Source: a virus. Taken from it: 64,000 bases of DNA. The notes under the pieces were generated by a model. The model had not been told where the DNA came from and did not search any database. It worked only from the letters and a program-made list of their open reading frames with translations. Shown in pieces: positions 1 through 10,621 of this stretch. Position 1 is the first letter of the stretch; each line of letters opens with the position of its first letter. Location of the stretch: positions 40,213-104,212 of IMG/VR virus record IMGVR_UViG_3300044641_010298. The stretch is one strand, 5' to 3'. The translations under genes and the position numbers were made by a program.

Positions 1-1942
1 TGGATGCAGACAAAAAAGTACTTACAATCCGTGGAGAATCTGTCCTAAATCCGGGATAAGAAATTGACCCGGATGGAGTAGTGAGACTTCCTGAGAAGTT
101 GACCATTGATGTTACTTCAATTGTTTGATCTCTAAGATCTGCAAGTCTAGCTTCTCCAGACATTCCATACTCTCTAATGGTAAAGAAGTTCTCAGGAACT
201 ATTCCTGACGATAGCATAATTGACCTTACTGCTGATTTTGTTCCTTTTGCAGAATTAACGTAAGACATGTTTGAAATAATTCTACGCCAGAGATCATCTC
301 GAAGAGATCGAAGCGTATAAGTTGTTAACTCATCATCGTTGACATTGTTTCCAAATGAAAATTGCTCTGTAGTTGACTTTGCAAAGAAGTTTGGAAGATC
401 TATTCCAAAATAGTCGGCTGCATATTTGATCATCTGGCTGTTTATCTTCTCTTCTTCTCCTAGCTCAACAGCCAGAAGATTAGACATGCTGTCAATAAAC
501 TGCTTGATCTCATCAACCTGTATGGACATCAAAGAGAGAGTAGAAAGGAGGGGAGAAGATCTTGGCATCTCTCCAGTTCCTGGAATAGAATCTAGTTCAG
601 GAAATTCACCAATTCCTGAATCAAATCTGGATAAGCCGCTTGCGATAGCACTTTCCTGCAAATAGTGAGCCGGCACAAAATTTGTTACAATATTTGGATT
701 CTCTTCATCGTAATCTGAGGCACTCGTGATCAGATTATTAATCTCTGTTTGAAAACTAGAAAAATCAGGATAGAGAACTGGACTATAATATGGGTTCTGA
801 TTTGAAAGTGGGACTCCGATAGAGCTTGTCATACGAAGGTGCTGTGAGAAATTTAAAATTTCAGAATGAAGACATTCTCCAGAATAGTCTAGTGCTACAT
901 TATTCATGTCATACGAACCGCTTGGTTCATCAAATCTAAAATAAAGCTTTAAGCTAGAGGTAGAAAAAATCTGACAATTTTTGTATTTCTCAATATTTTC
1001 TTCAGTTCTCTGGTCTGTAAAAAATCTCAATTCATCAATTGCGCCGCTCAGGGTTTGTCTGGGAAAAAATCTGTAGTCAAATATCTCGTGTAGACTTCCG
1101 CTTCCTATAAAAAGACTTGAAGTGTCAAAACTAAGTGATCCAAAATCCTGGTAATCAGATGATGAACCTACAAGATTTTGATCAACAAATATTTTTGCTC
1201 TTTTTCCTCCATCTTCATCAAACAGACAAGCTCTGACGTGTGAAAAATTTCCCTTTGAGAAAGTTCCAGATGCTATCACGTATGAATCAGAAGCTGAGGA
1301 GACAAGAAATAGAATTCTACAGTCAGACGTTGAAGCTGATTGTGAGATAGCAAGCGTGTATCCCGCAGAGCCTTGCAGTCTCTGAACAATAACCTGATTA
1401 TCGTTTGAAATAGGGGGAACATAAAGATGTGCCTCTATCTCAAAGGGACTTTGCCCAATAACAATTGCTGCTTCTCCGCTTGCGCCAGGTGCTTCCGGAA
1501 AACTATAGCCCTTGTATGGCTTTACCTCGATGTATGTACCACCTGTCCGTTCAGTTACTTGAGTTCCAGAGAAAAAAAGATATCCTATATTCTTTGGAAC
1601 ACTATCAAAAATGTACTTCTCAAATCCTGTAAGTCTAAAGAGGAATTCATCTATTTCTGCACCAGATCCTGTATATGGGTACTCATTTATCGACTTGTAC
1701 AGAGCAACATCCAGCTTTGACCGGGCAGGAGAAAAGAAAGTGTGATTGCTAAATTTAGAAAAGTCTAATGAAAGCTGCTGTGTAGACTTAAATCCTGCAA
1801 GATATGAGTCTATCACAAAGTTGTTATCAGAGACATCGTGGTCAGCTAGTGCTGAATTACTTATGCCCCTTCTAACAGCATTTGTAGTTGTCTGGCTTTT
1901 TCTTCCTCTAAAAAGAGGAGGACGCGTTCTTAAACGAGGCAT
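1..1942 (-). CDS. baseplate wedge-like (gp7/tail protein I-like) protein with LamG-like domain, 3'-truncated by window edge
   Basis: Absent from ORF track (runs off the edge). Starts MPRLRTRP at 1942, overlapping the upstream TGA. Spot-translation shows LamG-like 'LSGAIDELRFF', 'LKLYFRFDEP' and 'DLWRRIISNMSYVNSAKGT'; lies in the baseplate cluster. Confidence 0.6.
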   Translation of the reverse strand, partial: MPRLRTRPPLFRGRKSQTTTNAVRRGISNSALADHDVSDNNFVIDSYLAGFKSTQQLSLDFSKFSNHTFFSPARSKLDVALYKSINEYPYTGSGAEIDEFLFRLTGFEKYIFDSVPKNIGYLFFSGTQVTERTGGTYIEVKPYKGYSFPEAPGASGEAAIVIGQSPFEIEAHLYVPPISNDNQVIVQRLQGSAGYTLAISQSASTSDCRILFLVSSASDSYVIASGTFSKGNFSHVRACLFDEDGGKRAKIFVDQNLVGSSSDYQDFGSLSFDTSSLFIGSGSLHEIFDYRFFPRQTLSGAIDELRFFTDQRTEENIEKYKNCQIFSTSSLKLYFRFDEPSGSYDMNNVALDYSGECLHSEILNFSQHLRMTSSIGVPLSNQNPYYSPVLYPDFSSFQTEINNLITSASDYDEENPNIVTNFVPAHYLQESAIASGLSRFDSGIGEFPELDSIPGTGEMPRSSPLLSTLSLMSIQVDEIKQFIDSMSNLLAVELGEEEKINSQMIKYAADYFGIDLPNFFAKSTTEQFSFGNNVNDDELTTYTLRSLRDDLWRRIISNMSYVNSAKGTKSAVRSIMLSSGIVPENFFTIREYGMSGEARLADLRDQTIEVTSMVNFSGSLTTPSGSISYPGFRTDSPRIVSTFLSAS

Positions 1943-3456
1943 CACTCCACCCTGAATTTGGCGGCAACATCATTGATTATGATCTCTTGCCCTTTATTAA
2001 CTATCTTGAAGTCAAATGTATATGTTCTACCTTTTGGCAAAGCTGACATATAAAGATCAAAATAGTGTGAAGTTGAGTCATTGGATGTTTGCGTGCCAGG
2101 AACGTGGAATGGAATAATCACATCGTCGCTTTCAAAATCTCTAACTCTATAGTAGCAGCTATCAACAATGACCCCTGTATTCTCAAGCGGAGTCTTTACC
2201 GTAATTACGTTTTTTGTGAAATTTTCGATAAATAATCTAAATCTGAATTTTTCAGTTGTCTTGTATGTCGAACGCATGTTAGTAATGTTGACGAAATATC
2301 TCTCTGGATTTTGCTGAAAATATGTTGTTTCTCTGCCGTCTATGCTTAGGGCACCTGTGGCAAATTGAACTGTTTGATCGGGCGAGAGCCACTTTACGCC
2401 AAATTCAAGTCCAGTCGCACTAGTGCCGGTGAGATATGCTCTTATATCGGAATCAAAAGAGTTTACCAAGAATGATGACTTATAAATTCCTGTAATTGGA
2501 ATGTTTCCAATCTTGTATTGTGATCCTGAGAAAACTTTTGTGATACTGCCAGATTGCAACTTAACCACAACGCAATTATCTCCCACAAGCTGTGTCAAGC
2601 TTGATCCAGATACGAGATTTGATGCGACTCCTCTTGAAAAAGAGTTTAGAAATATTGATCCAGTTGTATTAAATTCAAATATCTGCGTCTTGTCAGATAT
2701 AACGTCATTGTATGTGACAATTAACTTTGGTCTTTTGGCAGTATTAGTTGTGTTTCTTGATGCAAATCTCTTTACAAATCTAGACTTGGTATCAGATTCC
2801 TGGTCAGAGATAAAGGATACTCTGAATCCGGAATTTGAAATAAAACCCGCGAGAACACCTGAGACTATTTTTGTCACATTTACATTCAAGTCTTCCTGGC
2901 CTGTTGAAAAGGATTGAACTGATGAAAAGTTGACAATTCCTTTTCCGTCGTTTAGATTTCCAGATGTTATTATATCAATATCGTCGCTTCCAAGCAGCCC
3001 GCCTGCATTTGCACCCGATGCAGACCATGTCACGACTGTTCCTGAAACAGAAGCAGTAATGAAATTTGTTACATCAATGTCTTCAAATCTTACAACATCT
3101 CTTCCTGTTCCTTCATCAAAGCTCTTTGAAAGGGGATATACGACTAGAGAAAAATTAGTCGGTGTCGTCTGTCCTCCGAAGACATCATGCAAATACAGGC
3201 TGCATGTAAAGTCATTTGAATTTATATCAAACTCTCCTAGCGTCATTGAAGAGCTTAAATCTGAAAGATCAAAATGAAGAAGACCTCTGCTTATCTCAAT
3301 TGGGCTTGTCTCACCGGAAAATGTACTTTCATCATATAGCTTAAAAATATCAATCGTTCCTGCCTGACCAGTATTGGAGTCAGTTGCCCGCAATGTATTT
3401 GATATTATCTTGTTTGTTATGTAAGCATCCTTGTCGGCCTGAATTATTCTGTACAT
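1942..3456 (-). CDS. virion structural protein, DNRLRE-like N-terminal domain
   Basis: 504 aa; 'ADKDAYIT...RGLLHFDLS...LYL...YPLSKSFDEGTG' pattern; between baseplate genes. Confidence 0.55.
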   Translation of the reverse strand: MYRIIQADKDAYITNKIISNTLRATDSNTGQAGTIDIFKLYDESTFSGETSPIEISRGLLHFDLSDLSSSMTLGEFDINSNDFTCSLYLHDVFGGQTTPTNFSLVVYPLSKSFDEGTGRDVVRFEDIDVTNFITASVSGTVVTWSASGANAGGLLGSDDIDIITSGNLNDGKGIVNFSSVQSFSTGQEDLNVNVTKIVSGVLAGFISNSGFRVSFISDQESDTKSRFVKRFASRNTTNTAKRPKLIVTYNDVISDKTQIFEFNTTGSIFLNSFSRGVASNLVSGSSLTQLVGDNCVVVKLQSGSITKVFSGSQYKIGNIPITGIYKSSFLVNSFDSDIRAYLTGTSATGLEFGVKWLSPDQTVQFATGALSIDGRETTYFQQNPERYFVNITNMRSTYKTTEKFRFRLFIENFTKNVITVKTPLENTGVIVDSCYYRVRDFESDDVIIPFHVPGTQTSNDSTSHYFDLYMSALPKGRTYTFDFKIVNKGQEIIINDVAAKFRVE

Positions 3457-3464
3457 AGTCTCTC

Positions 3465-5315
3465 CTAGATTGCGTTTCCAATGATGTCTGTATCTGGATA
3501 TTTGACTTCAAATATTCCACCAGTAGGCGGAAAGAAAACGCCCCTATTTATTGATCTAGCTGGGCTAATCGAAAAAGATGAATAACTCCTTTCGTCAACA
3601 TCTCCTGTCAGGCTAGAAAAGCTGTAGCTATCTAGTCCTATAACTCCATCTTGATTGAGTATTAGATTTATTAAATCTGAGACTCTTATTCCTCCATCGA
3701 TTTGCATGTTTTTTATGTCAAGGTAGTCTTTGAGGGCATTATTTATTTTTGTTATTATTCCTGATTTATCCTCTCTATCGTCAATTATAACTGTGTAATT
3801 AAATCCAATATTTATGATCTTGGAATCAAGGACATCAAATGAATCAGATATCACTCTGAACTCATTTATGTAAGTTGAAATATTTCTCTTTAGAGTGTCC
3901 GGAGATTGTGTGAGATATCCATCTGCATCTCTGCTAATCACAAACAAAAGTGAAGAAAGTGGATTAACTGGGTTTGGCTGTATGCCTACCCTAAATGCCC
4001 TACCAAAATTAGTTGGCATTAAGAATATTCTTGCTATCAAGTCTTCTTTTGAAATCACTCTATTTTGAGAATTTCTTACACTAAGAGCAATACTTCTTAG
4101 ATCTTCAAGCGTAGGTGCATCTTCACCACCTTGCGCAGAAGACAGATTGTTAATCAACAGAGACGACCTAACACTAGCAACTTTTGAAGGAGTAATTCCG
4201 TCTTTGAAGTGGGTCAGCAAGTTACTAACCGACCTTATGGTGTTTGATGAAACGTTGTGAGATACACCACCTCCGTGTCTATACCTTGTTCTAATAGTGG
4301 TATTCATGGGAGTAACTCCCATGCTCTTTGATCCAAGCAATGAATTTGGATCAATTGAAACACGAGAAAATACTCTCTTGTCACCGTAAAGAGGAAGAGA
4401 TACTTCGCTCGGATCCGGAAGTATATCATCATCTAGTGTGTCTGCAGCTCCCGATCCAAAGACAATAGTAACATTTCCAGAATCAGCATCTGACCTTGTA
4501 ATAAATCTATAAGGGGCCGGAACAACAGCAAGCGCATCATCGACTGCATCTGTATCTGAGTTGTTATTTTCAACTGCCTTGAATACTGTGTCCTGTGACA
4601 AAGCATCAACTTCATAATACTCATTCCCGTCAGAATCTCTAACCAGCAATATTTCGCTTACATTAGAATTTGACAGAGAGATTGTCTTGAATGGTGTAGC
4701 ATCAGGACCAAACGTAAATTGCTCTTCAGTTATATCGCCAGATGACATCAGCCCTGTTCTGGTGACCGAATATGTTAGCGGATTTCCTGTTGAATCTGTG
4801 CTAGATATTGTGTAGGTTGCTTTGTAATTTCCAAAAGAATCCAATTCTGAAAAATCAATATCGTCCAGAAGTGTGAAAGAAATTCCAGTATTGGATGTTG
4901 CTCTTGTTCCCGCTTTTATAGTGGGCAATTGTCCGTTATTTGGAAGATATCCCGCTGTTGAAAGCTGTGCATCAACTGTTATAGTAAAATCAACATCACA
5001 AAATGCTGGTGACGCACCCTTTATTTTCACACCTGCGAGTCGTATGAGTCTCTCGACGTTTCTTCTCTCTACTGCAGTATCAAGGCTAAGCTCATTAAAT
5101 TGATGGTCCATATAGAAAGATGTGATATCTCCAATGTAAGCGACTAGGTCAATAAGCATTCCTCCGACAGACGCTTCTGAGAAGTCTTGAATCTTGTCAG
5201 GAAAGTATATCTTTGCGTACTGCAAGAGTTCAGCTCGAAGGCTGTTAAAATCCTTTGCAAGATAGTTTCTTTGTCTTTTTTGCTTCAGATTTTTCTTTAC
5301 GTCTGTCAGTGACAT
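3465..5315 (-). CDS. baseplate wedge subunit (T4 gp6/baseplate J-like)
   Basis: 616 aa; 'YLAKDFNSLR...DFSEASVGGMLIDLVAYIGD...FYMDHQFNE', 'GGEDAPTLEDLR...QNRVISKED'. Confidence 0.85.
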   Translation of the reverse strand: MSLTDVKKNLKQKRQRNYLAKDFNSLRAELLQYAKIYFPDKIQDFSEASVGGMLIDLVAYIGDITSFYMDHQFNELSLDTAVERRNVERLIRLAGVKIKGASPAFCDVDFTITVDAQLSTAGYLPNNGQLPTIKAGTRATSNTGISFTLLDDIDFSELDSFGNYKATYTISSTDSTGNPLTYSVTRTGLMSSGDITEEQFTFGPDATPFKTISLSNSNVSEILLVRDSDGNEYYEVDALSQDTVFKAVENNNSDTDAVDDALAVVPAPYRFITRSDADSGNVTIVFGSGAADTLDDDILPDPSEVSLPLYGDKRVFSRVSIDPNSLLGSKSMGVTPMNTTIRTRYRHGGGVSHNVSSNTIRSVSNLLTHFKDGITPSKVASVRSSLLINNLSSAQGGEDAPTLEDLRSIALSVRNSQNRVISKEDLIARIFLMPTNFGRAFRVGIQPNPVNPLSSLLFVISRDADGYLTQSPDTLKRNISTYINEFRVISDSFDVLDSKIINIGFNYTVIIDDREDKSGIITKINNALKDYLDIKNMQIDGGIRVSDLINLILNQDGVIGLDSYSFSSLTGDVDERSYSSFSISPARSINRGVFFPPTGGIFEVKYPDTDIIGNAI

Positions 5316-5318
5316 TTT

Positions 5319-5789
5319 TTATCCGATGTTTGTGACAATAATTTCTACTGTTTTCTGGCTGGTGGATGCTCTAGGTATAGAGAATCTAACCCGTATTCTT
5401 ATCTTTGAAACACCATTTTGATCAGTTTGCAAGGCTTGTGTCTCAAAATCATCAAGGCTGATGTACGGCATGTATCTTTCTGTCGTTTGCTTGACTAGAG
5501 ACATTGCTCTTTCATCGTAATCAGGTAACGCCAGCCTTTCTGTCAAGAGAGATCTTAGATTTGCACCAAAATCAAATAGAGGCACCCTCTCTCCGTGATT
5601 TGTTAGAAGCATATTTCTAAAATTATCAACCATCTGGTCGATGGCCGCGCTAGACATTTCAAAGGGACCTCCAAGCTTTCCAGAAAGAACAATCGGCGTC
5701 AATATTCCTACGGGTCGAATCTGCGCAGGCTGTACACTCCTGGGGTTATTTGATAAGTCTCCAACACTCTTAAAGCTTATTGCTGCCAT
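5319..5789 (-). CDS. baseplate protein gp25/GPW-like
   Basis: 156 aa; 'NMLLTNHGER..LFDFGANL' motif, adjacent to gp6-like gene. Confidence 0.85.
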   Translation of the reverse strand: MAAISFKSVGDLSNNPRSVQPAQIRPVGILTPIVLSGKLGGPFEMSSAAIDQMVDNFRNMLLTNHGERVPLFDFGANLRSLLTERLALPDYDERAMSLVKQTTERYMPYISLDDFETQALQTDQNGVSKIRIRVRFSIPRASTSQKTVEIIVTNIG

Positions 5790-5828
5790 GTTGATAACTA
5801 TTTGAGTATGATGCAGTCATCGATTGTT

Positions 5829-6962
5829 TTAAGAAACTTCAAGAATCTTTGAAACAGACGTTGCAATCAGTCCTGACCCTAGCACAAATCCTACCAATGT
5901 AACAATGAAAGATTTGACAAAGAAAATAACAACACTGATTGTTGACGCAATCTCAAGTACAGCATTAGGATTAATATCAATAGTTGCACTAATTCTCTCC
6001 CAGATGAGGCCAAGAAGAGCTTGAAGCATGTCTTTTACTGCTTGAACTATATCCGTAAAAATTTTCTTAATGGCGTCAACTAGCTGCAAAATAGATTCAG
6101 TTGCTTCGCTTATTGCTCCAGTTATTACTCCGGTTACAGTCTCGATAATTTCTGATGGTATTTTTAAGAATACTGTCATAAGCTTTATGAACTTTGTAGC
6201 AATTCCATCTTGTCCATCTCTTTCAACTGTTGCAAAAAGAGGAGTAATGCTCAGAGAAGGATCCAGGAAAGAAATGTCAAGAACAGGAAGGCTAAAGTCT
6301 GGAACTAGAGATAGAGCAGCATTTTTTATATTTTCTGCAATTTCAACAATTTTCTGTGTGATTGTGTCTTTTGCTTCTTCTATTTTTGAAATTACTTCTT
6401 CGACTGCCTCTCCGGCGCGGTCTAGTGCCTCTTCAATTGCAGACTTTATTATCTCAAAAAATTCTTCAGCTTTTTCCAGGGCTGCATCTATTCCTTCAGA
6501 AAGAGAATCAACTATCTCTTTTAATTTTGAGGCAATCTCTTCTCCCTTTGACAAAAAGACACCAATTTGAGAGACTATAATATCTGTTATTGGCGAGCTT
6601 AGAATTGAGTTTATTGGCTCAAATATTGCAGAAAGCTCTGTTAATATTATTGCAATAGGTCTAGTTGGGTCAAAAAGAAATGGAAAAGCAGCACCCGTGT
6701 CTGGCACGGTGTCCAGGCCTTTTGCAATACTAGAAAGCAATCCCTCTACGTAATATGCGTTCCAAGCAGGATATTCGCTGATTACATCTTCTGTGGTTCC
6801 TGTCTCAAATTTTCCTAAACTAATTGAGCCCGGAGGAAGGCTAGTACTCCCAAGAGTAATTCCATCTCTTAAGATTCCTACAATAGAATCTCTATATTTT
6901 GATATCACACCGCTACTTACAGAGTCACCATCTAAAATTCCAACCGTCGACAACGTTCCCAT
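5829..6962 (-). CDS. hypothetical helical protein, baseplate-associated
   Basis: 377 aa acidic amphipathic-helix-rich ORF in structural operon. Confidence 0.5.
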   Translation of the reverse strand: MGTLSTVGILDGDSVSSGVISKYRDSIVGILRDGITLGSTSLPPGSISLGKFETGTTEDVISEYPAWNAYYVEGLLSSIAKGLDTVPDTGAAFPFLFDPTRPIAIILTELSAIFEPINSILSSPITDIIVSQIGVFLSKGEEIASKLKEIVDSLSEGIDAALEKAEEFFEIIKSAIEEALDRAGEAVEEVISKIEEAKDTITQKIVEIAENIKNAALSLVPDFSLPVLDISFLDPSLSITPLFATVERDGQDGIATKFIKLMTVFLKIPSEIIETVTGVITGAISEATESILQLVDAIKKIFTDIVQAVKDMLQALLGLIWERISATIDINPNAVLEIASTISVVIFFVKSFIVTLVGFVLGSGLIATSVSKILEVS

Positions 6963-8065
6963 TAGGTAACCTTGACCAAAACCTTGGTGGAAAAAATTCC
7001 AGTTGCAGGAAGAGCGGGGGCGCCAAGTATTCCTCCTGCTGTTGAGACAAGAGATGGTGCTGCAACTTTTCCTGCAGTGACAACTGAATCAACAGAAGCA
7101 AGAATTGCTCCTGTTGCATCTTCGCCGCCCAGCTTTATGATTCCCAGAGAGGAAGGCGTGATAATAATGTCTCCATTGCTCTTTAATATTATGCTAGATG
7201 GATCAGAACTAGGTCCGACAAGTATTTTCATGTCCTTTCTTGCCTGTATTCTTACTGAGTCCGTTACGAGTGAGATAGTTGGAGATTCTCCTGCATCATC
7301 GCCTGGCAGAGAGTAATAAGAATCAGCATTAAAACCACTTGATACAACAATTCGAGATGAATCATCACTCTTTAAAGTTCCAAGACCAGAAGTCTGCAAG
7401 GGCTTGACAGATTCAACATACTTGTCTGCGTTTGTTATCTTTTGGCTTTCAGGAAGCTTTATTGTGTCTGATAGTCCTGCAACTATGTCTACTGTTCCAG
7501 TTCCTGGACTTCCATTGTTTGTCAAAACTATTGCAGTCCCATTTGATCCCTGCAAAGTTAGATCAACTGATTTGCTCTTTACAGAGATAATTGGTTCGCC
7601 AATAAATTCTGATCTTGCATTTGAATTCTTTCTAACATCTGCTAAATTTACTGTAGATGAATTTGGATCATAAAAAGTGCTAGAAGTTGTCTGCGCAGCA
7701 TTTTGTGACTTTAGTGAAAGGCTATTGTAGAGATCTGCACGCAAATCGTGAGTAAAATTTAAATCATCTGCAGATTCATTTTGAACTTTTCTTGATAGCC
7801 AGTATGGAACAAGATCTGCCTGCTGACTAAAAACCCAGACTCTCTCTCCTGACTTAATCGGTAGTCTTATATGAGAGAAAAATGGATAATGGATGATTTT
7901 TTGAAGGCTAGATTTGTCATCAACAATGGCTGCTATAATTGTTCCATTTGGACAATTTTTAAAGAACTTTTTGTTAGTGACACCTGTGAGAATCTTAGTG
8001 ATTTGTTCAGAAGTTAGAGAGCTATAATCTGTAATGTAGTCTATGACAACAGCCTCTCTAAACAT
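6962..8065 (-). CDS. baseplate hub/central spike-like protein (gp5/gpV-like)
   Basis: 367 aa; N-terminal 'LPIKSGERVWV' OB-like segment, 'DLTLQGSNGTAI', C-terminal beta-repeat 'SIILKSNGDIII'. Confidence 0.55.
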   Translation of the reverse strand: MFREAVVIDYITDYSSLTSEQITKILTGVTNKKFFKNCPNGTIIAAIVDDKSSLQKIIHYPFFSHIRLPIKSGERVWVFSQQADLVPYWLSRKVQNESADDLNFTHDLRADLYNSLSLKSQNAAQTTSSTFYDPNSSTVNLADVRKNSNARSEFIGEPIISVKSKSVDLTLQGSNGTAIVLTNNGSPGTGTVDIVAGLSDTIKLPESQKITNADKYVESVKPLQTSGLGTLKSDDSSRIVVSSGFNADSYYSLPGDDAGESPTISLVTDSVRIQARKDMKILVGPSSDPSSIILKSNGDIIITPSSLGIIKLGGEDATGAILASVDSVVTAGKVAAPSLVSTAGGILGAPALPATGIFSTKVLVKVT

Positions 8066-8448
8066 TACTCACCCTCGTTGATTTGGCTGAAGATTGAGTC
8101 AGAGTCTACTGGCCTGCTCTCCTCGCTAGTGATTATCTCAGCAAGCTTTATGAGCTGATCATTTGCCCTAGACATTCTCTCAATGTACTTGACAACAACG
8201 GGACCAAGTATGCTGTGATTTGCAGCGTTCCCCTTGAGCTGAATGAAAGTGTCAGTAAAAAGAATTGCTGCGCTCTCTCTATCAGCCAGCGCATTGTTGT
8301 AGATTTCTGACCACAGGAGTTTTTTCTTATCATCGACTCCTTCGAGAGAACTTAAAAGATCATCAAATTGAGCAACTTTCTTCTGTCGATTATTCAGAAT
8401 GTCAATCTGATCATTTATCTTTTCCATCTCTGATTTTTTACCGGCCAT
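8065..8448 (-). CDS. hypothetical coiled-coil protein
   Basis: 127 aa, coupled to neighbours. Confidence 0.6.
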   Translation of the reverse strand: MAGKKSEMEKINDQIDILNNRQKKVAQFDDLLSSLEGVDDKKKLLWSEIYNNALADRESAAILFTDTFIQLKGNAANHSILGPVVVKYIERMSRANDQLIKLAEIITSEESRPVDSDSIFSQINEGE

Positions 8449-8456
8449 CTGATCTC

Positions 8457-9182
8457 CTAGTCTACAATGTCAAATTCACATTCAACCATCGCTTCTCTAT
8501 AGTGCCGTTTAATTGATGACATTGCAGTTGATATCTGCTTTGTGGTTAGGTTTGTCATCTCTCTAATATACACAAAAATTGCACGCTTATTGAAAAAATC
8601 AATATCATCAATGTTCTGGAATATCTTAACAATGGCGTCCATGCACATCTTTTCATGATCTTGAGTTATTCTATCAGATACCTCAAGAAACATCATCTCA
8701 AGCTGCTCGGACTGAATTGCTTTCTTTCCAGCAGATCCGTATATTTCAAATGTTGGCTCAACAATATCAATTATTTCAATCTCTGGAACTATTGTCTTAT
8801 CATCGATATTGATATGCTTCTTTGTGTGCTTTATCTTCTGTCTCATCTTCACAATGATCCAGTTTTTTGCAACAACGTTGAAGTATGAGAATGCTTTTGA
8901 TCCTCTCGATGCGTCAAATTTCTTCAACTTTTCATACAGAAAACTTACGCAATCATTCTTGAATTCATCGACCGATACATGTACATTTGCGCCATGAATG
9001 AATATTAGATTCTCAACAAGCTTTCCAAAGGCAGGCAGGATTTCTTCTGTGTAGATTCTATCCCTCTCTGCCTGGTCCTCTTCACTCTGGAACTTAACGA
9101 TTGCATCATGAGTTCCTGAATGGAAATAAAGCTTTAGGTCGTTCTTCTTTGGTCCGGCGCTACTACTTTTCTTTGCTCTCAC
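8457..9182 (-). CDS. phage sigma factor, T4 gp55-like (late transcription)
   Basis: 241 aa; 'LKKFDASRGSKAFSYFNVVAKNW' sigma region-2-like motif. Confidence 0.55.
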   Translation of the reverse strand: MRAKKSSSAGPKKNDLKLYFHSGTHDAIVKFQSEEDQAERDRIYTEEILPAFGKLVENLIFIHGANVHVSVDEFKNDCVSFLYEKLKKFDASRGSKAFSYFNVVAKNWIIVKMRQKIKHTKKHINIDDKTIVPEIEIIDIVEPTFEIYGSAGKKAIQSEQLEMMFLEVSDRITQDHEKMCMDAIVKIFQNIDDIDFFNKRAIFVYIREMTNLTTKQISTAMSSIKRHYREAMVECEFDIVD

Positions 9183-9465
9183 CTGGACCTCCCATATCCG
9201 TTATTGAGTTAGCTATTTTGAGAATCAGATCTTGACACCCTTTTATTTCAGAAATTACCTGTCTTACTTCAACTGAATCAAAAAATACAGGTTTCTCAAG
9301 TATCTTAGAAAAGATTGCAAATTTTTCATCAAGTGCATCGAGGCATTCTTCCACAGCGTCTTGCATTTTGAGGATAATTAATCCAAATCTTACGTTGTAG
9401 TAGATGGAAACGCAAAGAAGACAAAAATTAATTGCGGCAAATAGGTAGATGACCACATCAAGCAT
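9163..9465 (-). CDS. hypothetical membrane-anchored protein
   Basis: 100 aa, N-terminal hydrophobic helix followed by a coiled coil. Confidence 0.55.
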   Translation of the reverse strand: MLDVVIYLFAAINFCLLCVSIYYNVRFGLIILKMQDAVEECLDALDEKFAIFSKILEKPVFFDSVEVRQVISEIKGCQDLILKIANSITDMGGPGESKEK

Positions 9466-10621
9466 TACTTAATATCTCTATAAATGTCCGCTCGTACATC
9501 TTGAGAATTGAATCTCTTGAGAACTTTGATCTGCACAAGGCAGAAAGCTCTCTTGCCCATTGAGTCGGAGTCTCACTTGAATCTCTAAATTTTCTTATCT
9601 TCTTTTTGAAGATATCTTCAGAGGGATTTGCCCACTTAGATCCTGCTACGAATATTCTTCCATCAATTCTTGACTCTGGAACGTCTATCATGTCGTGTTC
9701 AATCTTTATCCACTTTCCAGTATTCAAGAACTCTGTGTGGGCAGACCAGCCTGTTGCAATTACAGGAAGCCCAGAAGCTGCTGCCTCGAGAAGGGGTAGC
9801 CCAAAACCCTCGCCCCGTGTTAGGCTGACAAGTGCCTTAATCTTTGGATTTCGATATAGCCTAGAAATTTCCTCATTTGTCATATTTCCATGAATAAAAT
9901 AGACAGGAACCTTACTAATTGATCGAATCTGAGATACCACAGATCGAATTGCCTGGGATGTCATTCCCTTGTCGATAGTTGTGCCTCTTCCGCTATTTGT
10001 CTTGAGAACAATTCCTACGCTCTTGTCATCCTTAAATGATTCACATATCCACTTAATTGTATTCACTATGTTCTTTCTATCTACAGACGAATCAACAGAG
10101 GTCAGCTGGCTTACTATCAAGAAATTGAATTCTGTTCTTAGCGGTATATCGAGATAGGAATCTACCTTTTCAATCTCCTCAATGAACCACTCGGGAATTA
10201 CGTAGACAGGAACATTAATTTTTCCGGACTTCTCGAGGACGCTTCTTGTGAAGCTTGATGGGACAATAATTGCAGACATCTTATTGCAAGCTTCAACCCA
10301 TGCAGGGTTACAAACATCCGTCTCAACAGCAGCTGTTATTCCTACGTTTATCTTTGCAAGTGTGGGAGTCCACTCATCGGGTAGCTGAACCTGGAAAGAT
10401 ACATCAAATCCCGTCTGCTGGTCTGTTGATCTCTTCATTACATCGCCAACAAGCCCGCCTTCTGCCTCTTGATCAATAAACCAGGAGGTATTTCCCCACT
10501 GTACTATCTGTGTAGATACCTCGGAGGATGGTATCTTTTTTACTGCCTCAAAAACTTGTCTGCTGTGCTGCCCGTATCCTGAAATGCTCAAAAGCGGAGC
10601 ACGAACTACGATGCGCATCAA
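9458..10621 (-). CDS. glycosyltransferase family 4
   Basis: 'SGYG' N-terminal motif; 'RGEGFGLPLLEAAASGLPVI'. Confidence 0.9.
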   Translation of the reverse strand: MMRIVVRAPLLSISGYGQHSRQVFEAVKKIPSSEVSTQIVQWGNTSWFIDQEAEGGLVGDVMKRSTDQQTGFDVSFQVQLPDEWTPTLAKINVGITAAVETDVCNPAWVEACNKMSAIIVPSSFTRSVLEKSGKINVPVYVIPEWFIEEIEKVDSYLDIPLRTEFNFLIVSQLTSVDSSVDRKNIVNTIKWICESFKDDKSVGIVLKTNSGRGTTIDKGMTSQAIRSVVSQIRSISKVPVYFIHGNMTNEEISRLYRNPKIKALVSLTRGEGFGLPLLEAAASGLPVIATGWSAHTEFLNTGKWIKIEHDMIDVPESRIDGRIFVAGSKWANPSEDIFKKKIRKFRDSSETPTQWARELSALCRSKFSRDSILKMYERTFIEILSNA